Shown here in pieces: positions 57,001-64,000 of a stretch of 64,000 nt of DNA; position 1 is the first letter of the stretch, and each line of letters starts with the position of its first letter. Under the pieces are notes generated by a model. The model made no database searches and was not told the origin of the DNA. It saw only the letters and a list, made by a program, of their open reading frames with translations. This DNA is from an uncultured Gammaproteobacteria bacterium (GTDB lineage: Bacteria; Patescibacteriota; Microgenomatia; Levybacterales; GWA1-39-11), in contig CAZXND010000002.1 of the NCBI GenBank assembly GCA_964641355.1, positions 1,005 through 65,004 of the forward strand, written 5' to 3'. The position numbers were made by a program, and so were the translations under genes.

Positions 57001-58533
57001 TTAAGGAAACGGGTGAGGCAATGGAGGGAAAGAAGTCCAAGGATTTATTTTCAGTTTCAAATCTTGAGGCACTTTTTTTATTCTATCAAATCCCAATGGT
57101 TCTAAACCATACCCAAAAGAAATCGGGACAAAACCTAATATATAAGACCTTAAAACAACAACTCCTAGCTCACTGAGATCTTTAGGTGACATATCAACTA
57201 CAATTATTTTATTATTTTTACTTATTAGAATTTCAACTAAATCTTTTAAGCTTTTTTTATTGTCTGTATTCTTCTTTTTCAGAATTTGAGTGGTCCCCTG
57301 CCACAAAAACTCGGCTTCTTTTGCAAATTTAATGTTTCTAAATAGAGATGAGTGATGTTTAACTTTCTTTACTGCCTGGGGGTTATTCACCTTAGGGGGT
57401 TTAGAGTCATCTCTATACTCCCAATAGACCGCTTGCTCAATTTCTGATAAAGCTTTATCTATTGATCGTTGAATATTCAAGTTGGCTGCAGCTCCTAATA
57501 AAATTACCGGATTATTTTTATTTTCAGCAATTGCCATAATAATTGGTATTGTGTCTAAGGTGATATCTATAAGATGAACTTTTAAACCAAGAGACTCAAT
57601 CCTGTGAACTCTAAGCTGAAAGGATCTAGAAAGAGATTTTAGATCAATCTTAGGCAAAGAAAGTCTATTGAGCCAAACAATCATAAAAGCATCTCTTTCA
57701 ATGACTTCATATAAGCCTCTCATTAATGCATCATTGTATGAAAAACCAGAAGCCACACCATTTGAATTTGCAACCGTCAATGGGTTAGGCGCATATTTTT
57801 TCTCTATTGGATAATAAATTAAGTCGATTGGAACAAAAGTGGTTTTCTCTCCAGGGAAAATCGTTGCTTTATTCCAAAAATATTTTCTCCTTTCTGAGAA
57901 CGGTCTAATTATTAAGTTTTTTCTGTATTGCTTTTTTAGATAAAAAACTAACTGCGTGGAATCAAACAATAAGTTATTAATATCTATTAACTTGCTCTCG
58001 AATATTTTCTCCTTGGGAAGAACACCACTGTAAAACCTTTCTACTCCTTCCATTATTGCTTTTAACTCTGCAATGACCGGATCCTTATCTATTCCAGAAG
58101 TCCATTCAACTCTTCTTCTAGAACCCCGCCTAGAAACAAACTTAGCACTAAATAAAGTAGTATTAATAGGTTTATATTTTGACTTTTTAGGATCGAGTTT
58201 ATAAATTTTTTTTATAAACCCACTTCTTCCTACCACTCTATTTCTCAAGCTACAAAGTGTCTCTTCCATTGTATTTGACTTCAAAACGCTTTGCGAGTTA
58301 GAAAAATTAACAATTTTTCTCTTATGTAGTAAATTAAGCACATTGATATTTTCTTCGTTTTCTTTTGCACTGTATGCTTTTTTACCTTCTAGTATTAGAT
58401 ATAACTCCTCCATCTGTTTTTTTTTGTTTTTTGGAAATTTCAAGTGAACATTTTTATCGTATGTAATAAATTCTAAACCGTTAATTATTGGTCTTAAATT
58501 CCATTTTGAATTTATTTTTACCCACTTTTTCAT
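57001..58533 (-). CDS. YcaO domain protein (ATP-dependent cyclodehydratase-type) with ~110-aa N-terminal extension
   Basis: YcaO hallmarks: 'AIMEGVERF', 'SNGVASGFSYNDALMRGLYEVIERDAF' and the Pro-rich C-terminal tail 'PPLPHPFP' (PxPxP). Its start overlaps the stop of the upstream SagB-type gene (TAATG). Confidence 0.85.
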   Translation of the reverse strand: MKKWVKINSKWNLRPIINGLEFITYDKNVHLKFPKNKKKQMEELYLILEGKKAYSAKENEENINVLNLLHKRKIVNFSNSQSVLKSNTMEETLCSLRNRVVGRSGFIKKIYKLDPKKSKYKPINTTLFSAKFVSRRGSRRRVEWTSGIDKDPVIAELKAIMEGVERFYSGVLPKEKIFESKLIDINNLLFDSTQLVFYLKKQYRKNLIIRPFSERRKYFWNKATIFPGEKTTFVPIDLIYYPIEKKYAPNPLTVANSNGVASGFSYNDALMRGLYEVIERDAFMIVWLNRLSLPKIDLKSLSRSFQLRVHRIESLGLKVHLIDITLDTIPIIMAIAENKNNPVILLGAAANLNIQRSIDKALSEIEQAVYWEYRDDSKPPKVNNPQAVKKVKHHSSLFRNIKFAKEAEFLWQGTTQILKKKNTDNKKSLKDLVEILISKNNKIIVVDMSPKDLSELGVVVLRSYILGFVPISFGYGLEPLGFDRIKKVPQDLKLKINPWTSFPPLPHPFP

Positions 58534-59519
58534 TAAACTCTTCCCCCAATAAATAAAGTTGTTAAAACAGCCTCCAAAGGAAACTTTAACTTCACAAGTC
58601 TTGAAAATTCCTCATCCTTAAACCCAGATATCTCAACGATGCCTAAATTATTCTCAGCACACCAAAGATATGCATTCTGTGCTGCATGCCCAGCCTCTAA
58701 AAGAGCGTACCGATAACCCCTATTAGAATATTTCCTCGTAGTCTTAGCAAAATCAGCAGCTATCGCAATACATAATGACGAATGTTGTAAAAACGGTTGC
58801 TTACCAAAGAATGAAGAATTCATTTCTGGAACAGAAATTTTTTTTAAAAATTTTATTTTTCCATTATGAAAACCGTACACTCCCTTTTTAAGAGACCCAA
58901 GTTTTTTCAAACAAATAACACGTATTTTTAAGGGATACAAAGCACCTCCAGAAGGAATAGTCCCAAACCCAACTCTATTTTCTAAAGAGGCTCTTTTAAT
59001 CTTTCCGTACACTGCCCATATCACTCTATTAAATTCATCCTCACTAACTGCAGTTTTGCTGAAATTTCGCATCGAACTTCTAGCTTCCATTAGCTTCTCG
59101 AGGTAAGTTCTTGATGTAAATTTGGGAGAAAATAATCGACTATTTTCTTTAAATATACTTGCTAATTGTCCACTATCTAAGGACTTGAAATAAGCCATTG
59201 GATTAGAACTTATAAAATGATAAAGCAGATAATAACTATGGACATCTACCAGTACAGAAACGTCGAGCAACTCACTAATTACAGATACGATCTCTTTCTC
59301 CTTATACTTTTTTTTCGAAATGATATTTTCAACAATTTCTTTCCCAGTTCTAAAACCGTTGCAAAGCTTGCAAATTTCATTTACCAACGCCAAATCCGCA
59401 CCATTAAGAGTGATTAGTGTATTTGGCAAAAGAAAGCTTATTGAATCATCTTCGGTATATGAATAACCAGAAACGAATGGGTAGACGGAATTAATTTCTT
59501 TTCTTTCTTTTTTGATCAT
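58533..59519 (-). CDS. SagB-type (nitroreductase-fold) dehydrogenase with N-terminal PqqD-like RRE-like segment
   Basis: Nitroreductase/SagB motifs 'EARSSMRNF' (RRSxRxF-like), 'TIPSGGALYPL' and 'YRYALLEAGHAAQNAYLWCAENNLG'. N-terminal 'ITLNGADLALVNEICKLCNGFRTGKEIVENI' resembles PqqD/RRE. Confidence 0.8.
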   Translation of the reverse strand: MIKKERKEINSVYPFVSGYSYTEDDSISFLLPNTLITLNGADLALVNEICKLCNGFRTGKEIVENIISKKKYKEKEIVSVISELLDVSVLVDVHSYYLLYHFISSNPMAYFKSLDSGQLASIFKENSRLFSPKFTSRTYLEKLMEARSSMRNFSKTAVSEDEFNRVIWAVYGKIKRASLENRVGFGTIPSGGALYPLKIRVICLKKLGSLKKGVYGFHNGKIKFLKKISVPEMNSSFFGKQPFLQHSSLCIAIAADFAKTTRKYSNRGYRYALLEAGHAAQNAYLWCAENNLGIVEISGFKDEEFSRLVKLKFPLEAVLTTLFIGGRV

Positions 59520-59721
59520 ATGGAGACATGCACGGAGACATTATAATCCAACTTATACTCAGCTTCAATGTTTTTTATTCTAGAATTAAGAAAAATTGGG
59601 AATTACTTGAGGATCAACTTTTTTAAACATAAATCACGATTTAATCAATTAGGTTCAATTTTAGCCTAAAAAGAGGATTTGTTCAACCTTAAAGTTCTAA
59701 ACCTTATTACTTAGCTAAGAA

Positions 59722-60027
59722 TTAAGACTTTTTATTTAAAACATGAACTTGATCGGGGTAAAGAATTGTGGCTTCTGAAAAATCAAAACCATCCCAAGCA
59801 AGTCTTCGAATGCGATCAAAAGCATAAACTACAGGTAAATGTGGCATTGGACAATCTTCTGTTTTTATTAAAATAGACACTTCAGGGTGCACTTTTACAT
59901 CGAATGAACTATTAACTCCCATAAGGTTTTGTCTTACAGCTCGTTTGTATTCAGCAAAATTTATACCCACAATAACTTTATCAGCTTTACTAATTGGCAA
60001 ACTCGCTACTATAGCCTCTTTTTTCAT
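59722..60027 (-). CDS. hypothetical protein (101 aa)
   Basis: ORF between ftsZ and the SagB-type gene. No recognised motif and no SD. Confidence 0.35.
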   Translation of the reverse strand: MKKEAIVASLPISKADKVIVGINFAEYKRAVRQNLMGVNSSFDVKVHPEVSILIKTEDCPMPHLPVVYAFDRIRRLAWDGFDFSEATILYPDQVHVLNKKS

Positions 60028-60043
60028 ATTATAGCGAAAGAGA

Positions 60044-61192
60044 TTAATTTTTATTTCTTAAAAATGCGGGGATATCAAAAAGGGAATCAGGGTCATCATC
60101 AACGGGTGTTTCTGGAGGAGTTGTTGATTGTTGAACTTGTTCTACTACTGGTTGAAAAAAAGGATTACTTCGATAGGGTGCTGGATCTTCAACTTTTTCT
60201 TCAGGAGAGGTATTTATAAAATTTTGGAGTGCGCGTGTGTCCTGATCGAAACCTGTTGCAATAACAGTAATTTTTACTTGATCGTGAATATTTTCATCAA
60301 TAGTTGCTCCAAAAATTATATTAGCATCAGGATCAGCAGCGGCAGAAATAATTTTTGACGCTTCATCAACCTCATACATTGTAAGATCTGGTCCCCCTGC
60401 AATGTTAAATAATACTCCACGTGCACCTTCCATAGAAACCTCCAGAAGAGGCGAGGATGTTGCTTGTCTTGCAGCAAGCTGGGCTCTATTTTCTCCAACG
60501 CCTATCCCAATTCCCATAAGAGCACTTCCTGCATTGCTCATAATGCTCTTTACATCAGCGAAATCAACATTAACAAGACCTGGAACAGTTATTAAGTCAG
60601 ATATTCCTTGAACTCCATGAGTCAGAACAGAATCCGCTACTCTAAACGCCTCAAGCAAAGTAAGTTTTTTATCTACAACCTCAAGAATTCTTTGATTTGG
60701 AATAACAATGAGAGTGTCTACTTTATCTTTTAACTCATCTATACCAGCTTCGGCTGCAACCATTCTCCTTGTTCCTTCGAATATAAATGGTTTTGTAACG
60801 ACCGCTACTGTAAGCGCACCGATATCTTTTGCAATTTGCGCAATAACTGAAGTCGCACCAGTTCCCGTTCCTCCTCCCATCCCAGCAGTTAAGAAAACCA
60901 TATCAGATCCCTCAAGCATGTCTTTGATTTTTTCAGCACTTTCTTCTGCTGCCTTTTTTCCAATTTCAGGATTCCCTCCAGATCCAAGTCCGCGAGTTAG
61001 GTTTTCGCCAATCTGAACTTTAGTCGGGGCCTGAGATGCAAGAAGTGCTTGAGCATCAGTGTTTATCGCAAGAAAGTCTACATTTTTAATTTGAGACTCT
61101 CTAATCATTGAGTTAGTAGCATTACCACCAGCTCCACCTACTCCAATTACTCTGATTTTTGCGAAACTCGCAGTCTGTGGACGTATTAACAT
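60044..61192 (-). CDS. ftsZ: cell division protein FtsZ
   Basis: 'GVGGAGGNA' and the 'GGGTGTG' tubulin signature. 382 aa. Confidence 0.95.
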   Translation of the reverse strand: MLIRPQTASFAKIRVIGVGGAGGNATNSMIRESQIKNVDFLAINTDAQALLASQAPTKVQIGENLTRGLGSGGNPEIGKKAAEESAEKIKDMLEGSDMVFLTAGMGGGTGTGATSVIAQIAKDIGALTVAVVTKPFIFEGTRRMVAAEAGIDELKDKVDTLIVIPNQRILEVVDKKLTLLEAFRVADSVLTHGVQGISDLITVPGLVNVDFADVKSIMSNAGSALMGIGIGVGENRAQLAARQATSSPLLEVSMEGARGVLFNIAGGPDLTMYEVDEASKIISAAADPDANIIFGATIDENIHDQVKITVIATGFDQDTRALQNFINTSPEEKVEDPAPYRSNPFFQPVVEQVQQSTTPPETPVDDDPDSLFDIPAFLRNKN

Positions 61193-61272
61193 ATTTCAAG
61201 AAATTTTCGTACCCTAGATAGTAGCACTCAAGAGGTCTTTTTGCAACGGGCTATCTTTAGACCTAGAGGAGT

Positions 61273-62559
61273 TTAAGGAATGAAGTTTTTAAAAACTTTT
61301 TTGACTTTATCCATCATGCCGCCTGGTATCTTAAAACTACCAAAAGATGGAATCATACCATCAAGCATTGACCCCTTAGAAGAATTGTCACTTCTAAAGT
61401 TTTTACCGTAAAAAAGAAGACCTACGGATGTCGAAAACGAGGGATTCTCTACATCGTCTATGAGTCCGGTAATATTTGTTGGAATTCCAATCCTAACGGG
61501 CATAGAAAGCATTCTTTTCGCTGACTCCTCTGCTCCAACTGTCTTAGACCCTCCTCCGGTTATTACGATTCCTGCTGGTGTAAGCGATGCAAGGCCAGAT
61601 TTTTTAAGATCTAATCCCACCATGGTAAAAAGCTCATTGAGTCTTGGTCGGATAATCCCTTCAACCAACGTTTTTTTAGAAACTTTTCTAACCTCTTCAG
61701 GAAGTGATAGAGAAGAAAGGTCTATTTCATCCGAAGTCATATCCTCATCTACTCTTGCTTTTTTATCTAACTTATGGGAAAGGAAAAGTTTTATTTTCTC
61801 AGCACTTTCAAGTGAAATTCTCAAACCTATCGCAAGATCGTTTGTAATATGTCTTGCACCAATTGGAATAACTGAAGTATAAGAAATAGCACCATCAACA
61901 AATATACAAATATTTGTTATCCCAGCACCAATATCTACCATTATTACTCCGAGTTCTTTTTCTGTTTCGGAAAGAACTGAGAGTGAGGAAGCAAAGCCAG
62001 AAAAAACAAGAGCATTTACTCCTACACCGGCCTCTGACTCCAAAACTCTTTGAATATTTTTAACCGAAGTAGAGTTTGCAGATATTATATGAGTATCGAC
62101 TTCAAGTCTCACTCCGGTCATTCCAATTGGGTCTTTTATCCCTGATTCACCGTCAACGGTAAAAGCTTTAGGAAGAACATGAACTATATTTCTCGTTGAT
62201 GGCATAGAGATCGCACCAGCTGCTTCAAGAACTCTATTTACATCCATTTCATTAATTTCACCATCGGGCTGTGAAATGGCTACAATTCCTTTTGAGTTTT
62301 GGCTTTCAATATGAGTTCCTGAAATTGATACAAAAACTTTATCCACGGAGTAACCAGCCATTCTTTCTGCAGAATCAAGCGAAGCATTAATACATGAAGC
62401 TGCTTCTTCTATATCAACAATTTGTCCTTTTCTGATTCCACGAGAAGAGGTTTCGGAAACCCCAAGAACATGCATTCCACTTTCTTCAACTTTTCCTATA
62501 ACAGTGGCAATCTTGGAAGTACCTATGTCTATTCCAACTACAATATTTGATTCAGGCAT
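61273..62559 (-). CDS. ftsA: cell division protein FtsA
   Basis: Actin-fold 'VGIDIGTSKI' and 'VDIGAGITNI' phosphate motifs. 428 aa. Confidence 0.9.
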   Translation of the reverse strand: MPESNIVVGIDIGTSKIATVIGKVEESGMHVLGVSETSSRGIRKGQIVDIEEAASCINASLDSAERMAGYSVDKVFVSISGTHIESQNSKGIVAISQPDGEINEMDVNRVLEAAGAISMPSTRNIVHVLPKAFTVDGESGIKDPIGMTGVRLEVDTHIISANSTSVKNIQRVLESEAGVGVNALVFSGFASSLSVLSETEKELGVIMVDIGAGITNICIFVDGAISYTSVIPIGARHITNDLAIGLRISLESAEKIKLFLSHKLDKKARVDEDMTSDEIDLSSLSLPEEVRKVSKKTLVEGIIRPRLNELFTMVGLDLKKSGLASLTPAGIVITGGGSKTVGAEESAKRMLSMPVRIGIPTNITGLIDDVENPSFSTSVGLLFYGKNFRSDNSSKGSMLDGMIPSFGSFKIPGGMMDKVKKVFKNFIP

Positions 62560-62619
62560 ATATTTATGATTGATCCTACTCTTATATTGAACAATCCTCT
62601 TTAAAAAAGCAAGGCCAAC

Positions 62620-63048
62620 TCAAAACTTGACCACAGGTTTTTCATACCTAAAGTCAATTAATTTAGGATCACTTTTGCCAGTTTTTGTTGGCCCGTCTAT
62701 TGTAAGTCTTGTTAATACTTCATGTAAAGACCTGACTTGAGTCGATACTTGTTTTTCATTTGAGAAATAAACTTTTGGACCATTTTTTAAGAAAACCACA
62801 ATATATGCACCACTTGATGCGATAGAAATATCTTTTACCTCTATTCCTGCTACGTTTAGCTTACTCTCAAAATCAAAAATTTTTCCCATTTTAACTTCCG
62901 GGCTTATAATTTTTTCATCTTGAGAAAGAAAATCTGGAAAAAAGGCTTTTGAAATAAATAAGGAGGCGAAAATAAATATAAAAATAAAAAAGACAAGCGA
63001 TATGTAAAAAAAAGTGCTTTTAGTGCGCTTCTTAAGTATTCTTCGCAC
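62620..63048 (-). CDS. FtsQ/DivIB-like cell division protein (short form)
   Basis: Single N-terminal TM segment plus a small periplasmic domain. Sits between murG and ftsA, as in dcw clusters. Overlaps the murG stop. Confidence 0.4.
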   Translation of the reverse strand: MRRILKKRTKSTFFYISLVFFIFIFIFASLFISKAFFPDFLSQDEKIISPEVKMGKIFDFESKLNVAGIEVKDISIASSGAYIVVFLKNGPKVYFSNEKQVSTQVRSLHEVLTRLTIDGPTKTGKSDPKLIDFRYEKPVVKF

Positions 63049-64000
63049 TCACAACCTCCTTTATTACTTCTATAATTTTATTTTGTGCATTTTTATCTAT
63101 AAACTCCAAACCTTGAAGATTTATCAAATAATTTTTTTTATTTTTAATTATTTCCGTAATTTTTGAAAGAAAGGTTTCTGAAGTCAAATTTTTCTGAAGC
63201 TCATACTCACCCAGTCCTATTTTTTTGATAAGTCGGGCATTATCCAGTTGCTCTCCACTTTGTCCGTGTGGAAGAGGTATTAGAAATGCAACTTTTTTAA
63301 GTACTATAATCTCACAAATTGTGTTGATACCAGATCGACCCACTATTAAATCCGCATTTTGCATAACCCAACCGATTTCAGATAAATCAATAAATTTTCT
63401 AAGTACATATCGCTTCTGTAGATTATCGGGAAGATCATTGCGTATTTTTTCCAAATCCTCATAGTCATGAAAAACGTCTGAATCGCCAGTCTGATGAATT
63501 ATTGTAAATTCTGAAAGTAATTTATTAATATTACTTCTAACCATTTCATTTATGAAATGCGAACCAGAACTTCCTCCGGTAATATAAATAATTTTAAAAG
63601 TTGATTGAGTATCGATTTTATCCTTAATTTCAAAAACTTCTTTTCTTAAAGGATTTCCAGAAAGAATTGTTTTGGATTCGGGAAAAAATTTGGCGGAAGA
63701 TGGAAAAGAAATGCAAACTCTTTTTGCAAAAAATGAAATAATTCTATTGGCAATTCCAGCTTTTTGTGTTTGTTCATGAATAACAACAGGAATCCCAAGA
63801 ACAAATGCAGAAACTGCAACTGCAAGTGCTATATATCCTCCAAAAACAACTACCACATCCGGCCTAAATCTCTTTAAAATATTATAAGAATCTACGATTC
63901 CAAGAGGTATTTTAAGCATAGAAGGTATCGTATATCTTGAGAAATTTCTTTGAAATCTTCCAGCTCTTATAGCTCTAAACGGAATATTTTTTTTAGAACA
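63032..64000 (-). CDS. murG: UDP-N-acetylglucosamine--LipidI N-acetylglucosaminyltransferase MurG (N-terminus beyond window)
   Basis: 'GGYIALAVAVSAFVLGIPVVIHEQ' and the C-terminal 'GRSGINTICEI' GT28 motifs. The reading frame continues upstream past 63919 to the window end. Confidence 0.85.
   Translation of the reverse strand, partial: CSKKNIPFRAIRAGRFQRNFSRYTIPSMLKIPLGIVDSYNILKRFRPDVVVVFGGYIALAVAVSAFVLGIPVVIHEQTQKAGIANRIISFFAKRVCISFPSSAKFFPESKTILSGNPLRKEVFEIKDKIDTQSTFKIIYITGGSSGSHFINEMVRSNINKLLSEFTIIHQTGDSDVFHDYEDLEKIRNDLPDNLQKRYVLRKFIDLSEIGWVMQNADLIVGRSGINTICEIIVLKKVAFLIPLPHGQSGEQLDNARLIKKIGLGEYELQKNLTSETFLSKITEIIKNKKNYLINLQGLEFIDKNAQNKIIEVIKEVVSAKNT

Noticed and set aside
57001-58533. Alternative reading of the YcaO as an E. 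coli-type RimO-associated (ribosomal S12 methylthiolation) or TfuA-type thioamidation YcaO
   Set aside because: There is no rimO or tfuA nearby. The immediately upstream, translationally coupled gene is a SagB-type nitroreductase-fold dehydrogenase, which is specific to azoline-to-azole pathways. This remains formally testable by phylogeny.
59722-60027. SepF (ftsZ-associated division protein) assignment for the 101-aa ORF downstream of ftsZ
   Set aside because: The position fits, but the sequence does not match the SepF/DUF552 conserved core (no '...RIIDFLSGAVYA...'-like segment). It is left as hypothetical.

Overview
This 64 kb window is low-GC and gene-dense, with short intergenic gaps. 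It looks like a reduced-genome bacterium, possibly Patescibacteria/CPR-like, but that is inference only. The housekeeping core includes: pyrG, rplS-yraN, gatCAB, dnaE, a complete F1Fo ATP synthase operon atpBEFHAGDC, lepB, parB, rplU-rpmA, a SEDS gene (ftsW/rodA), ileS, and the division genes murG-ftsQ-like-ftsA-ftsZ. Three tRNA genes are on the minus strand (Gly-CCC, Asp-GTC, Val-CAC). Two accessory blocks stand out. One is a ~14 kb AT-rich glycan-biosynthesis island (36.0-50.3 kb) that abuts tRNA-Val. It encodes GT2 and GT4 enzymes, ArnT/PMT-like GT-C membrane transferases, an O-antigen-ligase-like protein, a Wzx-like flippase, a DegT aminotransferase and two methyltransferases. The other is a nuclease/phosphoesterase operon (PLD-PHP-EEP-FkbM) fused to pyrG-rplS-yraN-SNase. 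The most interesting signal is a compact three-gene cassette on the minus strand at 56.77-59.52 kb, wedged between ftsZ and ileS. It encodes a SagB-type (nitroreductase-fold) dehydrogenase with an N-terminal PqqD-like RRE-like segment, a YcaO-domain protein that is translationally coupled by a TAATG overlap and ends in a Pro-rich PxPxP tail, and a 54-aa Cys/Ser-rich ORF that was not in the ORF track and has a strong Shine-Dalgarno. This is the architecture of a thiazole/oxazole-modified (TOMM/LAP-type) RiPP system, and it lacks the usual E1-like partner protein. Other notable items are MurT/GatD (lipid II amidation) with a 27-bp tandem duplication at the gene junction, a sensor-less GGDEF protein squeezed between gatB and dnaE, and a truncated ATP synthase delta subunit. 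No CRISPR array, rRNA gene or obvious transposase was seen.
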